Counted from the first letter of the stretch, positions 33,926 through 44,306 are shown. The stretch: DNA of 61,181 nt from Flavobacteriales bacterium (GCA_002714185.1 PAWM01000002.1:4278-65458); one strand, 5' to 3'. Numbers and translations: made by a program. The notes: generated by a model not told the origin, from the letters alone.

Positions 33926-34342
33926 ATGTTAGAAAAAATTGAAAAAAAAATAATTACTGACTTCTCTCTTTTCCCATCTTGGGAAGAAAAGTATGAATAT
34001 ATTATAGAATTAGGCAAAGAACTGGCTCCACTAAAACAAGTTTATAAATCAGAAAAACACCTGATTAAAGGTTGTCAATCAAGAGTTTGGTTAGTGTGCA
34101 AATACAACAAGCCAAAGTTATATTTTTTTGGAGATAGTGATGCCTTAATTACCAAAGGAATTGTTGCATTAGTTATTAAACTATATTCGCAATCTAGTCC
34201 GCAAGAAATCATTAATAATGATATGGGGGTTTTTTCTAAAATAGGCTTAAATGAGCATTTGTCTATGACAAGGTCTAACGGTTTAAATTCTATGTTAAAA
34301 GTAATTAAAAACTATGCTTTAAAATACTATAAAAATGAGTGA
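33926..34342 (+). CDS. sufE: Sulfur transfer protein SufE
   Basis: WEEKYEY, GCQSRVW, DSDA, LSMTRSNG. Confidence 0.95.
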   Translation: MLEKIEKKIITDFSLFPSWEEKYEYIIELGKELAPLKQVYKSEKHLIKGCQSRVWLVCKYNKPKLYFFGDSDALITKGIVALVIKLYSQSSPQEIINNDMGVFSKIGLNEHLSMTRSNGLNSMLKVIKNYALKYYKNE

Positions 34343-34652
34343 AAATCTACAAAAATTAGGTGAAGATGTGGTTAAGGTTTTATGTGAAATTTATGACCCT
34401 GAAATTCCTGTTAATATTTATGAATTGGGATTAATTTATGATGTCCAAATTAGTGAAAATTTTGAGGTGAAAATTTTAATGACATTTACCGCTCCTAATT
34501 GTCCTGTTGCGGAAACAATGCCTGTTGAAATAAAAGAAAAAGTTGAAAAAATTCCAACAATTAATAAAGCAACAATAGACATTACCTGGGACCCCCCTTG
34601 GCAAAAAGATATGATGTCAGAAGAAGCAAAGTTAGAATTAGGATTTTTATAA
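34335..34652 (+). CDS. DUF59/SufT-like Fe-S assembly protein
   Basis: DPEIPVNIYELGLIY, TAPNCP, WDPPW. Confidence 0.92.
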   Translation: MSENLQKLGEDVVKVLCEIYDPEIPVNIYELGLIYDVQISENFEVKILMTFTAPNCPVAETMPVEIKEKVEKIPTINKATIDITWDPPWQKDMMSEEAKLELGFL

Positions 34653-34654
34653 AT

Positions 34655-35158
34655 ATGAATCAGAATATTAAAAATAAAATTGACGAAGCAGGACTAGTAA
34701 CATTGGACTTAAAAATATTTGAAGTTCAAGGTGAAAGGATGTGTATCGATTTAGCTGATTGGCTTGATAATGAATTTATTATTAAAGAGGCTTCATTTAA
34801 GGAAAAAATTGAAAAATATAATTGGAGCAAAATGCAAGATGCTTTCGTGGCAGTATTTTGCTCTAAAGATGTGATTATTCCACCTTGGAGTTACTTATTG
34901 ATACAAACAAAGCTAATTACTATTGCTAGACAAGTTTTTTTTTCTGATATTCACACAATGAATTTATTATTATTTCAAAAAAAATTAGATGAACTCAATT
35001 TAAAAGAGTATAAAAATAAAAGGGTGTTTCTAAAAGTATGTTCTGGAAGCCCTGTTCCATTGGGCGGTCTTTCTCTATGTGTAAATAAACTTATACCGTG
35101 TGTAAAAAGTTTATTTTATGGAGAACCCTGTTCTAGTATTCCATTAATTAAAAATTAA
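34655..35158 (+). CDS. DUF2480 family protein
   Basis: GLVTLDL, CS.DVIIP.W, YGEPCS; typical end of Bacteroidota SUF operons; ATG at 34655 preferred. Confidence 0.8.
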   Translation: MNQNIKNKIDEAGLVTLDLKIFEVQGERMCIDLADWLDNEFIIKEASFKEKIEKYNWSKMQDAFVAVFCSKDVIIPPWSYLLIQTKLITIARQVFFSDIHTMNLLLFQKKLDELNLKEYKNKRVFLKVCSGSPVPLGGLSLCVNKLIPCVKSLFYGEPCSSIPLIKN

Positions 35159-35164
35159 ATTATT

Positions 35165-37483
35165 ATGAGAAAAGTTTTTGCTATTATATTAGTTTTATTA
35201 TTGTCTATTCCTATCAATTCTTCTGCTGACGAAGGAATGTGGCTTCCAATGTTTATTAAAAGATTGAATATTCAGGATATGCAATCAAAAGGTTTAAATT
35301 TAACCGCTGAAGAAATTTATAGTGTTAATACAGCTTCTTTAAAAGATGCTATTATTAGTTTTAACGGCTATTGCACAGGTGAAATAATTTCACCAAAAGG
35401 CCTATTGCTCACAAATCATCACTGCGGATATGATGCAATTCAAAATCATAGCTTAGGTGAAAAAGATTATTTGGGTGATGGTTTTTGGGCCAAAAGCCTA
35501 GAGGAAGAACTTCCAAATGAAGGTATGTTTGTAGATTTTTTAGTCCGAATGGAAGATGTAACTAAAGAAGTTTTAGATAGCATTGACTATGATACAGAAG
35601 AAGACTCCAGAAATGATTTGATTTCTAAAAGAATTAAGGACATTAAAAATCGTGAAATAGGAGATTCTAATTATTGGGCAGAAATTAAGCCGTTTTTTGG
35701 TGGAAATGAATACTATTTATTTATTTATGAAAGGTATAATGATGTTCGTCTAGTTGGTGCTCCCCCAGAATCAATAGGTAAGTATGGTGGTGACACGGAT
35801 AACTGGATGTGGCCAAGACATACTGGTGATTTTGCCTTTTTCAGAATTTATACTGCTCCGGATGGCAGTCCTGCAGAGTATAGTGAAGAAAATATTCCAC
35901 TAGTCCCAAAACATCATTTACCTATTTCACTGGATGGGGTTGATAATAATGATTTTGCTATGGTAATGGGTTACCCAGGGGGGACAGATAGATATTTGTC
36001 GTCTTTTGGTGTGCAGTCCGCAATAGAAACTTATAATCCAACGGTTGTTAAGGTGAGAGCTGCTAAACTTGACATCTTAAATAATTATATGCGAAATGAC
36101 AGAGAGGTAAGTATTATGTATGCGAGTAAAAAGGCGAGAATATCCAACTATTGGAAATACTATATTGGACAGACTAGGGGTTTAAAACGACTAAATGTAT
36201 ATGAAAAAAAGAAAGATTTAGAGAAAAGTTTTGAATCATTTGCTAACTCTAGTGAAAGCAATAAAAAAATATATGGAAATGTTTTAGCTAATATTGAAGC
36301 TGCAAATATACAATTAGGAAAAACTACTCTTTCAAGAATATATTTAAATGAAGCAGCATGGTCAGGACCAAGCTTTGTTAGGCTTGCAAGAAGATCTGAG
36401 TCTTTACTGAGAGCACTCGATGGTGGCGATAAGTCAAAAATAGTGACAGCACTAAATAAATTCAAAGAACAAGTTAACTCTAATTTTGAAGAGTATAAAA
36501 AAGAAATTGATAAAGATATTTTTATAAAAATGATGGATATGTATTTTAGTGGAGTGCCTAAAAACCAACTACCAAATGCTATAGATTCATTACAAAAAAG
36601 ATTTCGTGGAGATTTCGAAAAATGGGGAAATGCACTATATGATAAATCTATTTTTGTGGATAAAGAAAAAATGAATGATTTTTTAAATTCTATTAATACT
36701 AATTTCGGAGATGTTGCAGCATCCATTATTAGACAAGATCCAGCATATAAGTTAAAGAAATCCATTTTATCAAATTATTTTCAAGTAATACGCCCACAAG
36801 ACACAGCTCCACAAAAATCTCTAAATGTTGCTAATAGGCTATATATTGATGGACTAAGAAAGATGTATCCAAATAAAAAATTCTATCCTAATGCAAATTT
36901 TACAATGCGATTAACTTATGGTAGTATTGGGGATTATAATCCTGGTGATGCTGTACACTACGATTTTATAACCACCTTAAGTGGGGTAATGGAAAAAATG
37001 GATAATGATAATCCAGAATTTATTGTGCCAGAAAAATTAACAAATTTATACGACAAAAAAGATTATGGTAAATATGGTAATAATGACGGTACTATTAATG
37101 TCTGCTTTATTTCTAATAATGATATTACGGGCGGTAATTCTGGCTCACCAGTAATTAATGGTGATGGGCATTTAATTGGGTGTGCATTTGATGGTAACTG
37201 GGAGGCTATGAGTGGAGATATTGCATTTGAAGACCAACTTCAAAGAACAATATCTGTTGATGTGAGATATATTTTATTTATCACAGATAAATTTGCTGGA
37301 GCTAACAATATTATAGACGAGCTAACATTAATTTCAACATGTAAAAAAACTAAAAAAAGTAGAAAATTACCTACTTACAGTGAAGCATGGAGCTCTAATT
37401 CTATGGGGATTAAAAAACGATATGTAAATAAAGCAGCTTTTGTGGCAGACGCTAAATTATGGTGGGCAAAACAAGCAAATTAA
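35165..37483 (+). CDS. S46 dipeptidyl peptidase (DPP7-type)
   Basis: ADEGMWLP, TNHHC, NWMWPRHTGDF, TGGNSGS, AFDGNWE (Gly at the specificity position rather than the Arg/Ser of DPP11). Confidence 0.93.
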   Translation: MRKVFAIILVLLLSIPINSSADEGMWLPMFIKRLNIQDMQSKGLNLTAEEIYSVNTASLKDAIISFNGYCTGEIISPKGLLLTNHHCGYDAIQNHSLGEKDYLGDGFWAKSLEEELPNEGMFVDFLVRMEDVTKEVLDSIDYDTEEDSRNDLISKRIKDIKNREIGDSNYWAEIKPFFGGNEYYLFIYERYNDVRLVGAPPESIGKYGGDTDNWMWPRHTGDFAFFRIYTAPDGSPAEYSEENIPLVPKHHLPISLDGVDNNDFAMVMGYPGGTDRYLSSFGVQSAIETYNPTVVKVRAAKLDILNNYMRNDREVSIMYASKKARISNYWKYYIGQTRGLKRLNVYEKKKDLEKSFESFANSSESNKKIYGNVLANIEAANIQLGKTTLSRIYLNEAAWSGPSFVRLARRSESLLRALDGGDKSKIVTALNKFKEQVNSNFEEYKKEIDKDIFIKMMDMYFSGVPKNQLPNAIDSLQKRFRGDFEKWGNALYDKSIFVDKEKMNDFLNSINTNFGDVAASIIRQDPAYKLKKSILSNYFQVIRPQDTAPQKSLNVANRLYIDGLRKMYPNKKFYPNANFTMRLTYGSIGDYNPGDAVHYDFITTLSGVMEKMDNDNPEFIVPEKLTNLYDKKDYGKYGNNDGTINVCFISNNDITGGNSGSPVINGDGHLIGCAFDGNWEAMSGDIAFEDQLQRTISVDVRYILFITDKFAGANNIIDELTLISTCKKTKKSRKLPTYSEAWSSNSMGIKKRYVNKAAFVADAKLWWAKQAN

Positions 37484-37500
37484 TTTTTAAATAATTTATA

Positions 37501-38394
37501 TTGGAAACTGCAGATTTAGCTATTTTAACTGAAAAAAGATACCTGCAAAAAAAAGTTGGAAATCATTATGTAGAAAACATATTTAAAGAAGATAATCTTA
37601 TCCAAAAAGAGTTAGAATTATTTGGATTAAATTGTAAAAGGGTTGCATGGGACGACAACTTTAACCCAGCCTTATTTAAATATGCATTATTTAGAACAAC
37701 ATGGAATTACTTTGATCAAATACATAATTTTAATAATTTTCTAAAAATCTGTGAAAATAAAGTAATACTTATTAATTCTAGAGAACAGATATTGTGGAAT
37801 TTAAATAAAAAGTACTTATTAGAATTACAATTGTCTGGAATAAATATTCCAAAAACACATCTTGTTAAAAAGGGGAGTGATTGTGATTTGATACAGCTTT
37901 GTTGTGATTATGGTTGGCAAGAGGTGGTTGTAAAGCCATGTGTTTCTGCTGCAGCATGGAATACCCATTATATTAAAAAAATAAATACTGATTCAAATAG
38001 TTTATTTAAAAATCTAGTGCAGAATCATGATATGTTGGTTCAGCTTTTTCAAAAAAATATTTTAAATTTTGGAGAAATTTCACTAATGATGATAGATGGT
38101 AAATACTCTCATGCTGTTTTAAAAAAAGCTAAAATAGGTGACTTTAGGGTACAGGATGATTTTGGCGGCACAGTGTCACAATACCAACCCTCAAAAAAAG
38201 AAATTCAATTTGGTGAAAATACCATCAACAAACTATCATTTAAACCTATCTATGCAAGAGTTGATATTATTATTGACAACAATAACAACCTAGCACTATC
38301 CGAATTAGAGTTGATTGAACCAGAGATGTGGTTTAGATTTTTTCCTTCTTCAGCAAAGAAATTAGCATTAAAAATTAAAAATTATTTTAACTGA
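37501..38394 (+). CDS. ATP-grasp (RimK/glutathione synthetase-like) protein
   Basis: RTTWNY, WNLNKKYL, VVKP, GEIS, GDFRVQDDFGG, YARVD, ELELIEP. Confidence 0.85.
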   Translation: METADLAILTEKRYLQKKVGNHYVENIFKEDNLIQKELELFGLNCKRVAWDDNFNPALFKYALFRTTWNYFDQIHNFNNFLKICENKVILINSREQILWNLNKKYLLELQLSGINIPKTHLVKKGSDCDLIQLCCDYGWQEVVVKPCVSAAAWNTHYIKKINTDSNSLFKNLVQNHDMLVQLFQKNILNFGEISLMMIDGKYSHAVLKKAKIGDFRVQDDFGGTVSQYQPSKKEIQFGENTINKLSFKPIYARVDIIIDNNNNLALSELELIEPEMWFRFFPSSAKKLALKIKNYFN

Positions 38395-38398
38395 AATT

Positions 38399-40288
38399 TT
38401 AATAGGCTCGAGAGTCATTTCCCTCAATATAATATACAAATGACCTGTTAGCCACCATATTGCCACCAGCAGTTGGATAGTCACCAGTAAAATACCAGTC
38501 TCCTGTGTGATTTGGGGATGCTTTATGTAAACATTCTACTTTTTGAAATAAAACATCGAAATCTGTTGAAATATTGTCAGTTTTTAAAAGCGAGGCTATT
38601 TCTTTTGAAATTTCATATTGTGTAAATGGAGCATATATATTCTTGAGGTGATTTACTTGTTTTTCTTTCGGTGTTGTTTTTGCTGCCTTACATTTATTAT
38701 AAGTCGTTTTTATTAATTCTCTACCTTTTTCTGTTTTTTTCAACAATGAGATAGCTGCTTTGAAAGCAATGAAATCACCTAATTTAGCCATATCTATTCC
38801 ATAGCAATCTGGATATCTAATTTGCGGTGCCGATGACACAACAATAATCTTTTTTAAATTTAACCTATCTAATATTCTTAATATACTTTTTTTCAAAGTT
38901 GTACCCCTAACAATACTATCATCTAAAATAACAAGTGTGTCTGTACTTCTAGCTATACCATATGTAACATCGTAAACATGTCCAACTAAACCATCCCTAT
39001 CACTATCCGAAGTAATAAATGTTCTTAATTTTGCATCTTTTACCGCCATCTTTTCAACTCTGATTTTTTGACATATAATATCTTTCAACGTGTTTGTATC
39101 TCCACTTAATAATAAAGTTTCTTTTTCGCGATTCAATTGACTTTCAAGTTCGGAAACTAGCCCCAAAAAAGCTGTTTCTGCTGTGTTAGGTATATATGAA
39201 AATACTGTGTTGTTAAAATCGTTTTTGATTATGGATGAAATAGGTTTAGCTAAGAGACATCCTAGCATTTTTCTTTCATTGTAAATTTCATAATCATTAC
39301 CTCTTGAAAAATATATTCTTTCAAATGAACAGGATTTTCTATTTTTTTTCTCAATAATTTGACTAAACTCAACTTGTCCGTTTTTTTTAATAATAATAGC
39401 CTTGCCTCTTGGTAGTTCGTGGATTTCTTTTGAGCTTACATTAAATGCCGTTTGAATTACGGGTCTTTCAGAGGTTACAACTGCAATCTCATCATTAACA
39501 TAATAATAAGCTGGTCTTATTCCGTTAGGGTCACGAAGTGCAAATGCATCTCCATGTCCAAGTAATCCTGACAAAACAAACCCACCATCCCATTTTTTAG
39601 ATGCATTGATTAATATATTAGAAATATTAATATTGTTTTCAATTAGTTTTGAAATTTCAATATTAGAAAGATTTTCTGATTTATATTTATTATATAATCT
39701 AGCATTTTCTTCATCGGTAAAATGACCTATTTTTTCTAAAATTGTAACCGTGTCTGATTTTTCTTTTGGATGTTGTCCTAAATCAATTAATTGATTAAAC
39801 AACTCCTCAACATTAGTCATATTAAAATTACCAGCTAAAACTAAATTCCTAGATTTCCAATTATTTTGTCTTAAAAAAGGATGACACTGTGTTATGTTGT
39901 TTGTTCCATAAGTTCCATATCTTAAATGCCCCAAAAATAACTCTCCCATAAATGAGCAGTTATTTTTCAACCAAATAGGGTCATCGAATTTAGAGGGATA
40001 TCTTTTCTTTATTTTATTAAAATTTTCACTAATCTTTAAAAAAACATCTTGAATTGAATTTTGCTCCACAGAGCGTCTTCTACTAATATATGGTTTTCCT
40101 GGTTGAGCATCTAGCTTAATATTAACCAATCCAGCCCCATCTTGTCCTCTGTTTACTTGTTTTTGCATTAACAAATACATTTTATTTAAACCATATAGAG
40201 CTGTCCCATATTTTTTTTGATAATAACTTAAGGGTTTTAATAGTCTTAATAGGGCTATTCCGCATTCGTGTTTTATGTAATCACTCAT
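38399..40288 (-). CDS. purF: Amidophosphoribosyltransferase (long Bacteroidota form)
   Basis: KHECGI, NRGQDGAG, GHLRY, FERIYFSRG, DDSIVRGTT, CYGIDM. Confidence 0.9.
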   Translation of the reverse strand: MSDYIKHECGIALLRLLKPLSYYQKKYGTALYGLNKMYLLMQKQVNRGQDGAGLVNIKLDAQPGKPYISRRRSVEQNSIQDVFLKISENFNKIKKRYPSKFDDPIWLKNNCSFMGELFLGHLRYGTYGTNNITQCHPFLRQNNWKSRNLVLAGNFNMTNVEELFNQLIDLGQHPKEKSDTVTILEKIGHFTDEENARLYNKYKSENLSNIEISKLIENNINISNILINASKKWDGGFVLSGLLGHGDAFALRDPNGIRPAYYYVNDEIAVVTSERPVIQTAFNVSSKEIHELPRGKAIIIKKNGQVEFSQIIEKKNRKSCSFERIYFSRGNDYEIYNERKMLGCLLAKPISSIIKNDFNNTVFSYIPNTAETAFLGLVSELESQLNREKETLLLSGDTNTLKDIICQKIRVEKMAVKDAKLRTFITSDSDRDGLVGHVYDVTYGIARSTDTLVILDDSIVRGTTLKKSILRILDRLNLKKIIVVSSAPQIRYPDCYGIDMAKLGDFIAFKAAISLLKKTEKGRELIKTTYNKCKAAKTTPKEKQVNHLKNIYAPFTQYEISKEIASLLKTDNISTDFDVLFQKVECLHKASPNHTGDWYFTGDYPTAGGNMVANRSFVYYIEGNDSRAY

Positions 40289-40316
40289 ATGTAGTATTTG
40301 TCATATTTAAACAAAA

Positions 40317-41357
40317 TTATAAAAAATCTTCTTTTTTAATCCCTAACCAATCTAAGACATTTTTATGCCAAATGTTTTTTCCTTCTTTTTTTGTAAAAAC
40401 ACCTTTTTCAATAGCATAGTCTAAAACACGACCCGGATAAGAGGTCCCTATGTCTTCCATTTCTCCCAACGGATAAGGGTCATCTAAACCCATTATGATT
40501 TGATTAACTCCAACTCTCTTCTTTAAAAGTTCCAAAGTGTGTGAATCATGTACCAATGTGTCAAAAAATAAATTTTTATGACCTAATGTTTTTCTAGGGT
40601 CTTGAAGGTTTTTAAAAATATCTGGACGACCATCATATCCCTGAACTCTCCTGCCGTAATTTGCTATACCTAACATTCCACCGTGTGCAAAACTAGTTCT
40701 TATATTCCTATATTTATTTGGCAGGTCCCGAAGTGTGAACACATGTAATGTGTCTGCACACTGGGCCATCATCCAAATTAAATGAAATCTCCAATAATGA
40801 TTTTTTAAAGCAATCATTTTATCTGCATCATAAGGGTGAATTTGTATAGCTAATTTATGTTTGTCAGCCATCTCAAATATAGGGTCAACATCTGATTCTG
40901 CAACTGATGTCCATTCCTTTTGAGAATTTAAAAAATGGGTTGGTAGGCACAGAATCCTTAATCTAAGCTTATTAACACACCTATCTATTTCTTTAAGTGC
41001 TTGATCTATATAACATGGCTGAACCACAAAGCCACAGGTGAATTTTTTTGGATATTCACTTTGAATAAAAGCATTAAAATCATTTTGAAATCTAATTCCA
41101 TCCTCGCAATCTTTTTTTTTCCATCCATTGCAATATAGTTGTGAGAGGCATAACATAACACTGTGGTCAATATTATGTTTTTTCATCCACTCCAACTTTT
41201 CTTTTAAAAAAAAACTAGGAGCAGTAATGGGCCTCGACCATTCTCCCTGCCTCATAAACTTCTTGTTTTCATCAATATAAAACAGTTTTTTATCTTTCAT
41301 GAAGTTTGGAATCTGAAAGGGCTCAGGAAGTATGTGTCCGTGTCCATTTATTCGCAT
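40317..41357 (-). CDS. 2-amino-3-carboxymuconate-6-semialdehyde decarboxylase (amidohydrolase 2 family)
   Basis: HGHILP, IHPYD, FAHGG, DTLVHD, DDPYPLGE; adjacent to 3-HAO. Confidence 0.82.
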   Translation of the reverse strand: MRINGHGHILPEPFQIPNFMKDKKLFYIDENKKFMRQGEWSRPITAPSFFLKEKLEWMKKHNIDHSVMLCLSQLYCNGWKKKDCEDGIRFQNDFNAFIQSEYPKKFTCGFVVQPCYIDQALKEIDRCVNKLRLRILCLPTHFLNSQKEWTSVAESDVDPIFEMADKHKLAIQIHPYDADKMIALKNHYWRFHLIWMMAQCADTLHVFTLRDLPNKYRNIRTSFAHGGMLGIANYGRRVQGYDGRPDIFKNLQDPRKTLGHKNLFFDTLVHDSHTLELLKKRVGVNQIIMGLDDPYPLGEMEDIGTSYPGRVLDYAIEKGVFTKKEGKNIWHKNVLDWLGIKKEDFL

Positions 41358-41434
41358 AGTATAATTTGTATTAAGCTCTTTTTAATGATATCATTATTTT
41401 GTATAATATGGTTCAATGAGTATTATATTTAAAT

Positions 41435-41965
41435 CTAAATATATCTAGGGTCGGCTTCCATAATCTCTCCTGAAATAGGGCATGTTCTCAATTTTTCATT
41501 ACTATAAAATTTTTTAAAAATTGGTAAAAAATCTTTTTCAATATTAGTTAGGTGAAAATACTCTTCATATAATAGTGCATTTTCTTTTTCAGAAAACCAC
41601 ATTAGCCCATCTTTATGGAAGTCTTCTCTTTTTCTTTCAATAACAAGACCTATTGAATTAGCTGATCGCACTGGAGAATGAGGGACTTTCGGGGGTAATA
41701 AAAACATTTCACCCTCCCTTATATTAACATCTTCTCTTTTTCCATTTTGCTGAGTTTTTACAACAATATCTCCTTCTATTTGATAGAATAATTCTTCGGT
41801 TTCATTGTAGTGATAATCCTGTCTAGCATTAGGGCCGGCTACTACCATAACAATGAAGTCCTCTGCATCTACATATAAATTTTTATTTCCTACAGGTGGT
41901 TTTAGTAGGTGCCTATTATCACTAATCCATTTTGTTAGATTAAAAGGTACTTTAATGTTTTTCAT
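41435..41965 (-). CDS. nbaC: 3-hydroxyanthranilate 3,4-dioxygenase
   Basis: LKPPVGNK, GPNARQDYH, EELFYQ, PHSP, GLVIE. Confidence 0.95.
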   Translation of the reverse strand: MKNIKVPFNLTKWISDNRHLLKPPVGNKNLYVDAEDFIVMVVAGPNARQDYHYNETEELFYQIEGDIVVKTQQNGKREDVNIREGEMFLLPPKVPHSPVRSANSIGLVIERKREDFHKDGLMWFSEKENALLYEEYFHLTNIEKDFLPIFKKFYSNEKLRTCPISGEIMEADPRYI

Positions 41966-42024
41966 TTAAAAAATATTTTTATTTAATGTGATTTTTTATA
42001 ACTAAAATGTAGCTTTAAATTAGT

Positions 42025-42032
42025 TATATTTG
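42025..42032 (+). promoter_or_regulatory. Bacteroidota -7 promoter element (TATATTTG)
   Basis: TAnnTTTG just upstream of the SDR ATG at 42040. Confidence 0.45.
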
Positions 42033-42039
42033 AAACAAT

Positions 42040-42825
42040 ATGGAAATAAATCTAAAAAATAAAACTGCCTGGGTCTTTGGTGGGTCAAGAGGCATAGGTA
42101 AAGCTACTGCTATAAAACTGTCTCAGTCAGGAGCAAATATTTTATTAATTGCTAGAAATAGAATGGCTTTACAAAAAGCACAAAGTGAGCTCTGCACCAA
42201 ATTTGGTCAAGAACATGATAGTATATCATTAGATATGGCTGACTCTGAATCCATTTATAAACAACTAAATAATTATATAAATTTAAATAGTGTTGATATT
42301 TTAATTAATAATTCGGGTGGACCTGAGGGTGGATTAGCTCACACAGCTGATTTAGATGAGTACAAACTAGCTTTTCAACAACATGTTCTGTCGGCACAAG
42401 TGGTTAGTAAAATAGTTATTGGAGTAATGAAAAAAAAGAGATTTGGAAGAATTATAAATATAATTTCAACTTCCGTTAAACAACCAATTGAGGGGTTGGG
42501 TGTATCTAATACTATTCGTGGGGCAATGGCAAATTGGGCAAAAACCTTAGCCAATGAACTAGGTTCATATCAAGTTACTGTAAATAATATTCTCCCCGGT
42601 GCCACTCAAACTAATAGGCTTGTAGAGTTAATTCAAAAAAAAGCAATAAAAAACAATTGTGATCAAAATATTATTGCTGAAAAAATGAAAAAATCAATTC
42701 CTGTGGGCCGATTTGCAACACCTGAGGAAATTGCTTATATGATTGTTTTTTTATGTTCAAGTTATGCGAATTATATAACTGGAGTTAATATACCTATTGA
42801 CGGAGGTAGAACAAAATCCTTATAA
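42040..42825 (+). CDS. Atypical short-chain dehydrogenase/reductase
   Basis: GGSRGIG, NNSGGP, SNTIR in place of YxxxK, PG, IDGG. Confidence 0.9.
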   Translation: MEINLKNKTAWVFGGSRGIGKATAIKLSQSGANILLIARNRMALQKAQSELCTKFGQEHDSISLDMADSESIYKQLNNYINLNSVDILINNSGGPEGGLAHTADLDEYKLAFQQHVLSAQVVSKIVIGVMKKKRFGRIINIISTSVKQPIEGLGVSNTIRGAMANWAKTLANELGSYQVTVNNILPGATQTNRLVELIQKKAIKNNCDQNIIAEKMKKSIPVGRFATPEEIAYMIVFLCSSYANYITGVNIPIDGGRTKSL

Positions 42826-44279
42826 TGAAAAAATTATCAAATTATATTGATGGGCAACTTATTCCTCCTGTTAATAAATCTTATATAAATAACTACAACC
42901 CTAGTAATGGAAAACCATATTCCTTGACTCCCGATAGTTGTTTTCAGGATGTAAAGTTGGCTAGTAAAGCGGCTAAAAAAGCTTTTAAAAATTGGTCAGA
43001 GCAGAAAAAAGAATTTAGATATGCTTGGATGATGAAACTTGCAAAAGCTATTGATGATAACTCTAAGAATTTAATTGTTGCTGAAAGCCGTGATAATGGC
43101 AAACCTGAATGGTTGGCTGAGCAAGTTGACATACCTCGTTGCTCAGAAAATTTTAGGTTTTTTGCAACTGCTATGCTGCATTTTGAATCAAAGTGTCATA
43201 ATATGAATAATGATGCATTAAATTATACTTTAAAAAAACCTGTTGGTGTTGCCGGGTGTATTTCACCTTGGAATCTTCCTCTTTATTTGCTTACTTGGAA
43301 AATTGCTCCTGCAATTGCGGCTGGTAATACCGTGATCGCAAAACCCTCTGAAGTAACTCCATACACAGCCTATTTGTTTTCTAAAATTTGTGCAAAAATT
43401 AATTTTCCCAAGGGAGTTATAAATATTGTACACGGATTAGGTAAGACAGCTGGAAGTTCTGTTGTTAAGTATAGTGATATTATTTCCTTTACTGGCGGCA
43501 CTGAGACAGGGAGGGTTGTAGCTACAAGTGCTGCAAAAGATTTTAAAAAATGTTCTTTGGAGTTGGGAGGTAAAAATCCCACTGTTGTATTTAATGATTG
43601 TGATTTCGAATCTACAATTGATATTGCTATAAAATCTGGATTTTTAAACCAAGGGCAAATATGTCTTTGTGGTTCAAGAATATTTATAGAAGAGTCTATA
43701 TATACGAAATTTAGGACAGCTTTTGTAAAAAAAGCTAAAAACGTACTAGTTGGTGACCCTAAAAATCCAAATAATAATCTGGGGGCCATTGTTTCTGAAG
43801 AACATTTAAACAAGATTATTTCTAAAATTAATTTAGCAAAAAGAGATGGTGGTAAAATTTTATGTGGTGGTGATAGATTGTTTTTGAAAGGGAAACTGTC
43901 AGGGGGGTATTATTTGAAACCAACTGTTATTGAAGGTTTAGATTATAAACATGAAATAAATCAAGAAGAAATATTTGGCCCCGTTGTAACACTTATTCCA
44001 TTTAACAGGGAAAAAGATTTGATTAAAATGTGTAATAGCACAAAATACGGTCTTTCAGCATCTATTTTTTCAAATAATGTTTCAAAAGCCCACCGTGTTG
44101 CCGCAAAAATAGATGCGGGAGTTATTTGGGTTAATACTTGGCTTTTAAGAGATTTAAGGATTCCATTTGGTGGTGTTAAGCACTCTGGTCTAGGCCGTGA
44201 AGGTGGCTTCTATTCTTTAGAGTTTTTCACTGAATCTAAAAATGTATGCATTAAGATTGAAAACGGAGTAAATAAATAA
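42825..44279 (+). CDS. 2-aminomuconate-6-semialdehyde dehydrogenase (HMSADH/ALDH8 family)
   Basis: DIPR..NFRFF, PWNLPL, LELGGKN, GQICLC, EEIFGP, WLLRDLR; pathway context. Confidence 0.88.
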   Translation: MKKLSNYIDGQLIPPVNKSYINNYNPSNGKPYSLTPDSCFQDVKLASKAAKKAFKNWSEQKKEFRYAWMMKLAKAIDDNSKNLIVAESRDNGKPEWLAEQVDIPRCSENFRFFATAMLHFESKCHNMNNDALNYTLKKPVGVAGCISPWNLPLYLLTWKIAPAIAAGNTVIAKPSEVTPYTAYLFSKICAKINFPKGVINIVHGLGKTAGSSVVKYSDIISFTGGTETGRVVATSAAKDFKKCSLELGGKNPTVVFNDCDFESTIDIAIKSGFLNQGQICLCGSRIFIEESIYTKFRTAFVKKAKNVLVGDPKNPNNNLGAIVSEEHLNKIISKINLAKRDGGKILCGGDRLFLKGKLSGGYYLKPTVIEGLDYKHEINQEEIFGPVVTLIPFNREKDLIKMCNSTKYGLSASIFSNNVSKAHRVAAKIDAGVIWVNTWLLRDLRIPFGGVKHSGLGREGGFYSLEFFTESKNVCIKIENGVNK

Positions 44280-44306
44280 TATATTTAAATTTAATAAAAA
44301 CATACA

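Noticed and set aside
36160-36765. 201-aa antisense ORF (also 14284-14733, 43370-43813, 51934-52377 and similar)
   Set aside because: They lie opposite (or almost wholly opposite) well-conserved genes and have no motifs; typical antisense shadows
38399-40288. Unusually long PurF (629 aa)
   Set aside because: Matches the long form I recognise as standard in Bacteroidota
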